64,000 nucleotides of DNA from a virus. Taxonomy: Duplodnaviria > Caudoviricetes. Positions 8,835 through 17,701 of the stretch are shown piece by piece (the first letter of the stretch is position 1; the number at the start of each line of letters is the position of its first letter). Below the pieces are notes generated by a model. That model saw only the letters and a program-made list of their open reading frames with translations. It ran no database searches and had not been told where the DNA came from. The stretch is from the IMG/VR virus record IMGVR_UViG_3300017821_000056, positions 32,001 to 96,000 of that record; one strand, written 5' to 3'. The translations under genes and the position numbers were made by a program.

Positions 8835-9029
8835 ATTACGAGCGATCTCCTGGCCTGCGCCTCGCCGACGCTATCCACGGGGCTCTGCGGGGCACTGCGG
8901 GAAGACGATCCCGACAGCGGCTGCCACAGATGCGCGCTGGACGATGAGCACATGCTGGAAAGCGGCCCTCGCCGCCTCTGCAAATGCCGCTGCGGGGACG
9001 AATGTGACTGGGGAGCGCCAAGGCGATGA
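8835..9029 (+). CDS. small Cys-rich protein with probable ATT start
   Basis: GAGGGGGG-5nt-ATT; 64-aa ORF ending in ATGA overlap; CHRC...H...CKCRC. Confidence 0.55.
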   Translation: MTSDLLACASPTLSTGLCGALREDDPDSGCHRCALDDEHMLESGPRRLCKCRCGDECDWGAPRR

Positions 9030-9253
9030 CTGATTTCCTGACCTGCTATCAGTGCGACGCGTCCTGGGGTCCCCGCTCAGAACGGGCCCGGGAAGACGCC
9101 GCCGACTGCCCTGACTGCGGCACCAGGCTGCACGCGGGACTTTTGTCAGTGCCGTTGCGACACCTGCGGGTGAGAATGCTGGGGCGAGACGAGCGCCGCC
9201 GGTCGCTGGCGCTGCTCGGCGATCTAGCGGAGAGCATCCGCGCCGCAGGCTAG
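9026..9253 (+). CDS. Zn-ribbon protein
   Basis: CYQC...CPDC. Confidence 0.7.
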   Translation: MTDFLTCYQCDASWGPRSERAREDAADCPDCGTRLHAGLLSVPLRHLRVRMLGRDERRRSLALLGDLAESIRAAG

Positions 9254-9564
9254 GCAGCCCGGCGTTCCTGCTCTGCGCGTCTTAGCTCCGCTTTCGTGCG
9301 GGGCCGCCAGCCAGGGCCGGTGCAGCCGCAGGAATCGTAGTCGTTTCCCGAGTTGAGCACTGCCGCGACGGCGTTCCACTCTGAGCGGTTCCCTTTGCGC
9401 GGGGCCTGGAAGTCGCGGCCCGCGTGCAGCATGGGCTCGCGGCACAGCGGACAGACAGGCCACCTTGCCTGCGGCAGGACGGACGGGTGCGGATACTGGG
9501 CCACATGACGGCAGGGGATGCACGCCCATGAGGTCTTGTAGTTGCTGAATGCGTAGCGGCACAT
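9250..9564 (-). CDS. conserved Zn-binding hypothetical protein
   Basis: WACIPCR...CPLCREPM..AGRDFQAP. Confidence 0.7.
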   Translation of the reverse strand: MCRYAFSNYKTSWACIPCRHVAQYPHPSVLPQARWPVCPLCREPMLHAGRDFQAPRKGNRSEWNAVAAVLNSGNDYDSCGCTGPGWRPRTKAELRRAEQERRAA

Positions 9565-9565
9565 C

Positions 9566-9913
9566 TCAGGCCGCCGCCTTCTGGAGCCGCGAGCGGACGA
9601 TCATCTTGAGCGTCTCGGCTGACGCTGTGCGTCCCTGCTCGGTGCACATGACGATGAGGTCGAGCGCCAGCCGGTCGGACAGGTGGAACCACTCGGTCTT
9701 GCCGATGCGCTCGGCGGCATACTTGCCGTGGTAGTAGTCCTCGACGCTCCTGCCGCCGCGAACGTTGCATAGTTCGGCAAAGTGCATCTCGCCGCCGCGC
9801 CGACCGCTGGGGCGGCTCGTGGTCCCGATCTTGATCTGGAAGTTCTCGCCGAGTCCGAAATAGACGCGCCGGGCATCGAGGATGACGAGTTCGGGGAAAA
9901 GGGTTTCGGTCAT
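9566..9913 (-). CDS. GIY-YIG/T5orf172-like domain protein
   Basis: VYF...IKIGTT...E...H......EWF. Confidence 0.75.
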   Translation of the reverse strand: MTETLFPELVILDARRVYFGLGENFQIKIGTTSRPSGRRGGEMHFAELCNVRGGRSVEDYYHGKYAAERIGKTEWFHLSDRLALDLIVMCTEQGRTASAETLKMIVRSRLQKAAA

Positions 9914-10014
9914 AGGTCGCGCCTCTCTGCTGGTACAGCCTCCCTCGCGGAGTGCCGTCCTAGCGGCAGTATGGAGTCAGGCAAATGCGCAGGTCAAATG
10001 AGCGCTGTGAGCGA

Positions 10015-10132
10015 TAACCGCGACTAACCGCGACTAACCTAGGCCCAGTTGCGTCCAGTTGCGTCCAGTTGCGTCCAGTGCCCATTTCAGTCTCCCGGAG
10101 TCTCCCGGAACTCGTTATTGAACTGTTATTGA
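10015..10132. repeat. cluster of four different 10-11 bp tandem repeats
   Basis: TAACCGCGAC x2.5, CCAGTTGCGT x3.5, AGTCTCCCGG x2, GTTATTGA x2. Confidence 0.9.
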
Positions 10133-10198
10133 GCGGCTCGCCGCTAAACGGGCGCAAGCCTCCATTCTCTCGCTGCGCTCTTGAACTTGGAGGCCCCG

Positions 10199-10706
10199 GT
10201 GTCCCATCACGAGTGCGATGTCGGCGGCGTCCCCCGTCCGCACCGTCCCCGGATCCGCCGCTGCTCGTGCGGGGAATGGTTCATCTACGGCCACGGCTGG
10301 ACGGGCATCGGACTGGCCCGGTGGCGTCCCATGGGCACGTGGTCCATGTGGCTGCACCGCAGGGAGATCGCCAGGATGCCGGGCGGCCTCATCAACTTGG
10401 CGCGGGAAGAGCACCCTGGACGTGGTGCTCCGCAACGACGCCCGGATCAAGGGCTTCTCCGCGGAGTCGCCTGATCGTATCCGCGGCCACCGGCTCGCCG
10501 GGGCATGGTTCGATGACGCCGAACTGCTGCGGGACTACTCGTTCTACAGCTGCGGGCTCCTGCCCGCCCTGAGGGCGGGATCATGCCGCCTGCTGGTCAC
10601 GGCCACCGTCCCTGAACGTCCCCGCCTGATCGCCGAGATCGAGGCACGGGCCATGGCCGGGGAGAGCGGCGTCGGCTTCATGGGGGCGTGGCGCTCTCGT
10701 TGCTAG
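10199..10706 (+). pseudogene. frameshifted gene carrying a diverged terminase ATPase fragment
   Basis: IKGFSAESPDRIRG..LAGAWFDD...GLLPALR...RLLVTAT aligns to TerL; frame change near 10397. Confidence 0.65.
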
Positions 10707-10768
10707 CCGTCTTCCTCCTGGGCGTCATCACCGGCCTGGTCGCGCACGCCGCGCTGACGAAGAAATGA
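10688..10768 (+). CDS. 26-aa single-TM peptide
   Basis: ALSLLAVFLLGVITGLVAHAALTKK. Confidence 0.5.
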   Translation: MALSLLAVFLLGVITGLVAHAALTKK

Positions 10769-10775
10769 GGGCCGC

Positions 10776-11075
10776 TTGCCCCTGACCCGCGCTGAGAAAG
10801 CCGACGCGCAGGCCGTCTTCCGCGGCGAGGTCCCCGGCAAGGAACCCTGCCAGTGGTGCGGCGGCATCCACGTCCGCGCGATCGTCCTCCCCAAGCTCCC
10901 CGAAGCCCTGCGGCCCGGCGAGGTCCACGAGGCCCGCTGCCCCCGGATCAGGCGCCTGGAGTTCCACCCCAACGGGAACCTCGTCGCGGTGGAGTTCTGG
11001 AAGGAATGGGACGAGAGCGCCGTGATCTGGCCTGAAGACGCGTTCGACCCGGAGGAGGCGGCGGGCAGTGGATGA
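10776..11075 (+). CDS. conserved phage protein upstream of portal
   Basis: CQWCGGIH...CPRIRRLEFHPNG..VEFW; TTG start with RBS. Confidence 0.75.
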   Translation: MPLTRAEKADAQAVFRGEVPGKEPCQWCGGIHVRAIVLPKLPEALRPGEVHEARCPRIRRLEFHPNGNLVAVEFWKEWDESAVIWPEDAFDPEEAAGSG

Positions 11076-11283
11076 CGCCCCTCCCGACGCCCCGGACCAG
11101 CCTCACGCCCCCTTCGCCCCCGAGGACGGCTACTACGCCGCCATCGTGTCCGAGTACGCGGGCCTCCAGCGCGGCGGCGCCGACCCCGTGAGCGCCGCCC
11201 TGATCACCGCCGCTCACCTGCTGCTCCTCGGAATGGCCAACGGGGCGGCAGCCGACCGGGCCGGCACGGAAGAGATCACCTGA
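11068..11283 (+). CDS. hypothetical protein
   Basis: GGAGG RBS, coupled. Confidence 0.7.
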   Translation: MDDAPPDAPDQPHAPFAPEDGYYAAIVSEYAGLQRGGADPVSAALITAAHLLLLGMANGAAADRAGTEEIT

Positions 11284-11296
11284 GGGGAGTGGTCTC

Positions 11297-14200
11297 GTGA
11301 GCCGCACCTCCGGCGCTCTCGCCGCCCTCAAGGCCGTTCCCGGCGGTGCCCGGTACACCCCGGCCCCCCAGTCCGGCGGGTGGGGCGCGATCAGCCCGGT
11401 AGCGGCCAACGCCCAGTTCGGCAACCCGTACGCGGCGCAGTACGGCTACGGCCCGTTCCTGCCGCGGCCCTCCAGGACGTTCACCGACGGCGCGTTCGGG
11501 CCGATGGCACCGATCCAGCCCGCGCCCGTCGACGAGCCGCCACCCGGCGGCCAGTTCCCCGACCCCCGCTGGTGGCAGTACCCCGTCGGCTGGAACCTGC
11601 CCACCCAGCCCGGTGCCGAAGGCCTGAAACTGGCGTCCTTCCAGCAGCTTTACACGCTGGCCAGCAAGTACAGCGTGGCACGGGCCTGCATCGAGCTCCG
11701 CAAGGAGGAGATCCGCAGCCTGGAATGGGAGATCCAGCTCACCACCCAGGCCGCCAAGGCATACCAGGGCGATGCCAAGGCCATGCGGGACTTCGGGGAA
11801 CGCGCCGCTGAGGCGACGAGGTTCTTCAGGAACCCGGACCCGGACTTCTGGAACTTCGGCAGCTTCATCGATGCCGTCCTCGAAGAGATCTTCGTGTACG
11901 ACGCGCTCGCGCTGGTGTTCCGGCCCAAGTACGGGAAGGGACTCGGCCGGGGGCTGCTCGGCTCCGACCTGGACTCCATCCGCCTGGTTTCAGGTCCGAC
12001 CGTGAGACCTTTGCTCGACATGCACGGCGGCAGGCCCCGCCCCCCGGCGCCGGCTTACCAGCAGTTCCTGTTCGGGGTTCCCCGCAGCGACTACCAGGCC
12101 ATCATCGCGGGCACGGACATCGACGACTACGGCCTCGCCGGGGCTGAGGTCAACACTTTCCGCGCGGACACGATGCTGTACGCGCCGCTGCTGGCACGCC
12201 GGGAAAGCCCCTACGGCTTCCCTCCCGTGGAACGGGCCCTCCTGCCGATCATCTCCGGGCTGCAGAAGCAGGAGTTCCAGCTCAGCTACTTCACCGAGGG
12301 CACCGTCCCGGCGGTGTACATCTCGCCGGGCGACGCGAACATGACCCCGACGCAGATCCGCGAGCTCCAGGACGCCCTGAACGGGGTAGCCTCGGACCCG
12401 GCCTACCACCTGAAGGTCATCGTCCTGCCGCCGGGCAGCAAGGTTGACCCGCAGCGGCCTGTGGACCTGTCGGACGGCTTCGACCTGCTCGTTCAGACGC
12501 AGGTCGCCATGGAGTTCGACGTGATGCCCGATGAGATCGGCCTCCTGCCGAACATCGCCGGGGCGGGCCCGTCCGCCGGCGCGTCCTCGTCGGGGGTGCG
12601 GCTGGGCTCGGCGGCGGCACGGAACATCAAGGACCGCAAGTCGTCCAAGCCTCTGCTGATGATGCTGTGCGACATCGCGGACTACGCCTTGCAGGGGATC
12701 TGCGGGCAGCAGGACATGCAGTTCCGGTTCGAGGGGCTGCAGGCCGAGGACGACAAGCAGGCCCTCGTGGACCGGGGCGTGCAGGGCATCCAGAACGGCC
12801 TGTACTCCATCGACGAGGTGCGCGGCTGGCTGGACCTGCCCCCGTGGGGACTCCCGGAGACATCGGAGCCGGTGGTGTTCACCGCGCAGGGCCCGGTGCC
12901 GTTCAGCATGGCCCCGGAGCTGATCCGCGCCGCGATCACGGGGAGTACGCCGCCGGGGCAAGGGACGAACTCGGGGCAGCGGTCGCCGTCGTCGCGGTCG
13001 AGGACGAGCCAGCCGAGCGTGCGGCGCGGCGGCCAGACCAAGCCGAACGGCAGTCACCCCGCGCCGGTAGCGGACCACCGGGAGGCCCCGCTCACGCCGG
13101 GGCACGCCGCCGCGGCCGGGGCCATCCAGTCCCCGACGCCCCGCACGGGCGGCACGACAAGCCGCTCGAGCGTGGCGGGGTCACGGAAGAAGGCTGTCGA
13201 CGCGGAACTCGGCGCCCTCGCCCGGCACCTGCGCAAGGGCCGGCTCATCTCCACGTGGGTCGCCGAGCACATCCCGGAACGGGCACTGGGGATGATCGCC
13301 GAGGACATCGCCAAGGGCGTGCTCATCGACACGGCGGTGGAACGAGCCGGGGATGTCTGCCTGAAGGATGATTGGGCGCATGGTTCATCCCGCGACAGCG
13401 CTCATGATCCCGATAGCGGTACTTGGGTCTCAGGCGCTGATCCTGCTGGTGCGGCTTGGCTTGTGGCTGCTGAAGAGGCGCAGGTCCACAAGGCGAGCGT
13501 TACGCACTGGCCCGGCTGGGAGCGGGACCTCGGCCTCGTCGGCGCCTACAAGAACCTCATCGGGCAGGCTTTCCATGACGCTGAGGCTAGAGGCTCAGCG
13601 TTGCGCAGGAAAGCCGCCACGGGGGCCATGTTCGTCTCCAACGGCACCTTGCGGGACCTGATCTCCGGTGAGGTGCGGGACGTGTTCAGCACCGTCCTCA
13701 CGCCCATGTGGACTGAGGCGTGGCACCTCGGCTACACCGCAGCGAAATCCCTCGTCACCGGGGAACCTGCCGACTTCGCGGCCAGGACGGACTCCGATCA
13801 CCTGCGCGGATTCATCGGCAGCGAGGAGGAGCACTGGCTCGGGCAGATCTCCCGCACCGGGCTGGGGAACAACTCCGCGCGGTCAGAAATGATCGCCCGG
13901 ACCGAGGTCGCGCGGGCCATCAACTCGGCGGCGATCCAGTGCTACCGGGATCACGGGGTGCAGTACAAGCACCTGCTCCTGTCGCCGGGAGCGTGTGACA
14001 TCTGCGAGGATGTGGCGGACGACGGGGATATTGCCCTGGACGCCCCGTTCTCAAACGGCGGCGTGCTGGGCCTCCAGCATCCGGGCTGCAGGTGCGTGCC
14101 CGCAGCGGCCGGGATCAACGTCGAGCCGCCCCTAGCGGACCTCGGCAAGTCGGCAGCCGCCGAGGACGACTCGCGCCTGTGCTGGCTGCTGCTGCGCGCC

Positions 14201-15862
14201 CGCGACGAGGACGGCAAGTACAGGTTCCTGCTGCAGCAGCGCCCCGACGGCACGTGGGGGATGCCCGGCGGCAAGCCCCACGTAGGCGAGGACTCGTGGG
14301 CCGGGGCTCTGCGGGAGACAGCCGAGGAGATCGGGCAGTTCCCCGCGCCCCGGATCGCCGGCACGTTCCACCACGTGGAGGACGACGGCACGACGCGGGT
14401 GTACCTGTGGCTGTGCGACGTCCCGTACTTCCATCCGGCGCTGGACGGGTCCACCCCGGAGGAAACCCGGGGGGCGGCCTGGTTCCGCCGCAAGGAGATC
14501 GCCGGCCTGGACCTGGCCCCGAAGTTCCGCGATGACTGGGAGCACGGGATCAGCCTGCGGGAGCACGTCACCAAGGCGCTCCAGCGGATGGTGAACGAGA
14601 ACGGGGAGGAACTGGTCCTCACGGACGCCTCACAGCGCCTCCAGGCGGTCGGCAGCCGCTGGCCATATCCGCACCGGGCCGACGGGACGGAATGGCCTGA
14701 CGCCGGCCCTGGGGCCGTTCCCGGAGCATCTGCGGGTGATGAGCCCCCCGGCCATATAAACGACATGGCCGCGCCGGAACCCCACGGCCCCGTAGAGCCG
14801 CGCGGCGGCGATGACGGGAAGTACCCGCGCAGGCGGGTGAGGAACCGGCCCGCGTCCCGGTTCCCGGACCAGGGCGGCCAGGATGATGAGGCGTGGCCGC
14901 AGCCGCAGGCCACGCTCACGCCCGGCATGACCACTGTCGGGGCACCCAAGAGCGGCGGGAACGACTCCGGCCATCCTGTCGTCGGTGCCTATCAGCCACA
15001 GCCGCTGAAGCCCATGAAGCCTCACGCGGTCGAGCCTGAGACGGTCGATCCTGCTGATGAGGTCGAGCGGTGGTCACCGGGCGATGACTCGGATGTCGCC
15101 CCGGCAGTCAAGGGCGCGCAGCACGTCACAGACGCGAACCCGGTCGAGTGGCGGCATGTGTATGCCCAGCTGGAAGCCAACTTCCCGGACTCGGCGCTGG
15201 AATGGGTGAAGCACTCGACGTGGGTCGGCCCGGTGAACGTGCCGTGGTCCCGCATTGATGATGATGACATCGGTTCGTGGGCTGCGAGTCACCAGCCCGA
15301 GGCAGTGACCCGGTTCGCCCGTGAGATCGCCAGGGGCGGTGCGCATACCAACCCGTCCATCCTGTTCCACCAGGCGAACCACTCCGACGGCCGGGAGAAG
15401 ATCGCCGACGGCCATCACCGGGCCATGGCCCGGCATTTCAAGCTCGGCAAGCCGGTCCTCGCCTACGTGGGCACGGTCCCGGCGCGGTGGATGCCGCGGG
15501 CGCTCGAGACGCACAGCAGTCAATTGCATTCGGGCGAGGACCCCGCCAACAAGTCCGCGCAGACCCCCGTCGTCAGCACCGTGCACCACCCGCTCGGCAG
15601 CGAAGGATTGTGGCACACCCCGTCCAAGAAGGTGCCCGAGCTGCAGCAATTGCCGGCCTACGTGCAGAACACGGCACGGGCGCTCATGCGCGATCAGGGC
15701 ATGGAGGAGTCGCAGGCCATCGCCACGGCGGTCAACGCGGTCAAGGAGTGGGCCGCCGGGCACGCCTTCGGCGGGAAGGTCCCCGTCACGCCAGAAGTCC
15801 AGCAGGCAGCGCAGCGCGCCTTGGATGAGTGGGAGCACCTGAAGGAGACGCACCACCCGTGA
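11297..15862 (+). CDS. portal protein fused to MuF, Nudix, ParB/Srx-like and C-terminal domains
   Basis: Portal (YGFPPVERAL, YFTEGTVP, SIDEVR); MuF IARTEVARA...HPGCRC; Nudix GG.....E....ALRETAEEIG; IADGHHR. Confidence 0.9.
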   Translation: MSRTSGALAALKAVPGGARYTPAPQSGGWGAISPVAANAQFGNPYAAQYGYGPFLPRPSRTFTDGAFGPMAPIQPAPVDEPPPGGQFPDPRWWQYPVGWNLPTQPGAEGLKLASFQQLYTLASKYSVARACIELRKEEIRSLEWEIQLTTQAAKAYQGDAKAMRDFGERAAEATRFFRNPDPDFWNFGSFIDAVLEEIFVYDALALVFRPKYGKGLGRGLLGSDLDSIRLVSGPTVRPLLDMHGGRPRPPAPAYQQFLFGVPRSDYQAIIAGTDIDDYGLAGAEVNTFRADTMLYAPLLARRESPYGFPPVERALLPIISGLQKQEFQLSYFTEGTVPAVYISPGDANMTPTQIRELQDALNGVASDPAYHLKVIVLPPGSKVDPQRPVDLSDGFDLLVQTQVAMEFDVMPDEIGLLPNIAGAGPSAGASSSGVRLGSAAARNIKDRKSSKPLLMMLCDIADYALQGICGQQDMQFRFEGLQAEDDKQALVDRGVQGIQNGLYSIDEVRGWLDLPPWGLPETSEPVVFTAQGPVPFSMAPELIRAAITGSTPPGQGTNSGQRSPSSRSRTSQPSVRRGGQTKPNGSHPAPVADHREAPLTPGHAAAAGAIQSPTPRTGGTTSRSSVAGSRKKAVDAELGALARHLRKGRLISTWVAEHIPERALGMIAEDIAKGVLIDTAVERAGDVCLKDDWAHGSSRDSAHDPDSGTWVSGADPAGAAWLVAAEEAQVHKASVTHWPGWERDLGLVGAYKNLIGQAFHDAEARGSALRRKAATGAMFVSNGTLRDLISGEVRDVFSTVLTPMWTEAWHLGYTAAKSLVTGEPADFAARTDSDHLRGFIGSEEEHWLGQISRTGLGNNSARSEMIARTEVARAINSAAIQCYRDHGVQYKHLLLSPGACDICEDVADDGDIALDAPFSNGGVLGLQHPGCRCVPAAAGINVEPPLADLGKSAAAEDDSRLCWLLLRARDEDGKYRFLLQQRPDGTWGMPGGKPHVGEDSWAGALRETAEEIGQFPAPRIAGTFHHVEDDGTTRVYLWLCDVPYFHPALDGSTPEETRGAAWFRRKEIAGLDLAPKFRDDWEHGISLREHVTKALQRMVNENGEELVLTDASQRLQAVGSRWPYPHRADGTEWPDAGPGAVPGASAGDEPPGHINDMAAPEPHGPVEPRGGDDGKYPRRRVRNRPASRFPDQGGQDDEAWPQPQATLTPGMTTVGAPKSGGNDSGHPVVGAYQPQPLKPMKPHAVEPETVDPADEVERWSPGDDSDVAPAVKGAQHVTDANPVEWRHVYAQLEANFPDSALEWVKHSTWVGPVNVPWSRIDDDDIGSWAASHQPEAVTRFAREIARGGAHTNPSILFHQANHSDGREKIADGHHRAMARHFKLGKPVLAYVGTVPARWMPRALETHSSQLHSGEDPANKSAQTPVVSTVHHPLGSEGLWHTPSKKVPELQQLPAYVQNTARALMRDQGMEESQAIATAVNAVKEWAAGHAFGGKVPVTPEVQQAAQRALDEWEHLKETHHP
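13368..13502 (+). CDS. overprinted single-TM peptide in +1 frame of portal linker, ending at TTA
   Basis: ALMIPIAVLGSQALILLVRLGLWLLKRRR; codon bias favours this frame locally. Confidence 0.45.
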
Positions 15863-16218
15863 CGATGATGGATGAGTACAACCGGCTGTACCGCGAACGC
15901 CAGGAGAACCCGTACAGGCCTGAGAACGACAACGACAAGGCTCCTGACTACCTCAAGGAACTGTTCGGCAAGAGGGTCAAGGTCTCGAGCGCCAAGGATT
16001 CCTCGCGCTGGTTCGGCTGGCTCGCCGGCTACTTCGAGCGCCCGGTCATCGTCGTCGCCAACAGCAGCGGCAGCAGGAATCACGGTGGCCTGTTCTCCTC
16101 GGGGACGATCCTTCCCGCGAGTTACCCGGTCGAGGAGTACGTGCCGCCGGCCCCAAGATCGTGCCCTACCTGCGGCCATACGGAACCGCTGATCGGAACT
16201 GACCCGATCATCTGGTGA
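15859..16218 (+). CDS. hypothetical protein
   Basis: GTGA overlap, AAGGAG RBS, CPTC. Confidence 0.7.
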   Translation: MTMMDEYNRLYRERQENPYRPENDNDKAPDYLKELFGKRVKVSSAKDSSRWFGWLAGYFERPVIVVANSSGSRNHGGLFSSGTILPASYPVEEYVPPAPRSCPTCGHTEPLIGTDPIIW

Positions 16219-16225
16219 GAATCCT

Positions 16226-16567
16226 TCACCTGTAGGTGATCCCCTCGAACTCCTCCGGCGCTGTCGCCTCGGTCCTGATGTGCAGGTTCCACCTCGGGTG
16301 AGCGGTGAACGACAACCGCAGCGAGGAGACTGCCTGCGTCAGCGGGACGAAGATTCCCCCGGCGGAGAACCTGCCCTTGCTCTGCCGCATCGTCATCCCG
16401 TCGCTCATCTGGAAGTCCTGCGGCTCTTTCGCCTGGTACTCGCGGATGCGGCCGTCGGCGTACTCGACGCGGATGAACACGCGGGCCACGGTGTCGTCCT
16501 CGTACCGCATCTCTGCCGCGGCCGGGGCCTTGACGATCTCGCCGGAGACCGGCTCTAGTTCGCTCAT
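16226..16567 (-). CDS. hypothetical protein (paralogue of 17420-17638)
   Basis: RVFIRVEYADGRIREY; leaderless CATCAT-6-ATG. Confidence 0.7.
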   Translation of the reverse strand: MSELEPVSGEIVKAPAAAEMRYEDDTVARVFIRVEYADGRIREYQAKEPQDFQMSDGMTMRQSKGRFSAGGIFVPLTQAVSSLRLSFTAHPRWNLHIRTEATAPEEFEGITYR

Positions 16568-16590
16568 CCGCCCATGATGGCAGGAGGCTC

Positions 16591-17142
16591 GTGAAGCTCG
16601 CCGAGTTCAAGGCCCTCTGCGACCGGGAATGGGCGAAGGATCGCCACGGCGACGTGCAGGCGCTGCACCTGACCGACCGCAGCCTCCTGGAGTTCAGTAC
16701 CGAGATACTCCTCGCAGGCGCCGAGGATCAGCCCTTCCTGTTCCCCCTGATCCCGCTCGTTGGCACCGAGGATATCCCGGGCATCCGTGCTGGCAAGGTC
16801 TTCAGCAAGGTCCTGAACCCGATCACTCGCAGCGTGGTCAGCATTTCAGGCGGCTCCGACCAGGATCTAGCCGAGGTCTACTCGGCACCGGACGGGCTGA
16901 CCGAAGTCGCCATCCCTCCCGATCCTGCCGTGAAGCTGGCCGACTTGAGTTCCCTCGCCCGCTGCCAGCGCAAGAACGCAGAGGATCTCCGCGAGGCGAT
17001 CACCGCCGCACGGGACGCGGGCGCCACCTGGGCGCAGATCGGCCAAGCTCTGGACATGCCGCGCGAGACGGCATTCCGCCAGCACCGGGCGGGCTCGCCC
17101 ATCGTGGTCGTGAAGGCGTACCAGTCCAAGCCGCGCCCGTGA
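16591..17142 (+). CDS. hypothetical protein with C-terminal HTH
   Basis: ARDAGATWAQIGQALDMPRETAFRQ. Confidence 0.7.
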   Translation: MKLAEFKALCDREWAKDRHGDVQALHLTDRSLLEFSTEILLAGAEDQPFLFPLIPLVGTEDIPGIRAGKVFSKVLNPITRSVVSISGGSDQDLAEVYSAPDGLTEVAIPPDPAVKLADLSSLARCQRKNAEDLREAITAARDAGATWAQIGQALDMPRETAFRQHRAGSPIVVVKAYQSKPRP

Positions 17143-17423
17143 CGCGCCGCCAGCCCGACAAGGCCGTCAAAGCGGTCCTCGCCGGGACCTGGCGCACCCC
17201 ACCAGCCGGACAGAACGCGCAGGACGCCCAGAAACTCCTGGCCTCCATCGCTGATGCCCTGAACGCCTGCGACCGGGCCGGGTTCACCGTGAAGCTCGCC
17301 CACGGGGCCGTGATCACCAGGGCCGGTTATGTCCTCCCGGTGTACCCGGATCCGGGGGAACGGTACGCAGTACGGACGATGGCGCTGACAGAGTTCCCGG
17401 TAGCTGGCGAGGACGAAGACTAA
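17139..17423 (+). CDS. hypothetical protein
   Basis: GTGA overlap. Confidence 0.65.
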   Translation: MTRRQPDKAVKAVLAGTWRTPPAGQNAQDAQKLLASIADALNACDRAGFTVKLAHGAVITRAGYVLPVYPDPGERYAVRTMALTEFPVAGEDED

Positions 17424-17638
17424 GGCTCAGCCAGAACAAAGGATGTTCCTTCCGCCGTCATCCCGGCCGGGATCTCCAGCACGTCCATCACCAGACGTGA
17501 CCCTGAAGGCGCCTGCGCCACGATGCCGCCCTCGTCGGCGAATCTCAGGACTAGGCCAGCCGGGTTAAGCGCCCGGTACTCGCGCACAGACCCGTCAGCA
17601 TGCTCAGCGCGGATCACCACGCGCGTTATGACGCTCAT
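17420..17638 (-). CDS. hypothetical protein (paralogue of 16226-16567)
   Basis: RVVIRAEHADGSVREY; CACGAT-6-ATG. Confidence 0.65.
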   Translation of the reverse strand: MSVITRVVIRAEHADGSVREYRALNPAGLVLRFADEGGIVAQAPSGSRLVMDVLEIPAGMTAEGTSFVLAEP

Positions 17639-17701
17639 TTCCTCATCGTGGCACGCCTGAGCGGCGGTCACCTGTCACGAATCCCCAGAGATCGGAGCCG
17701 T

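Noticed and set aside
10015-10132. Possible mini-CRISPR
   Set aside because: Tandem 10-mers without spacers.
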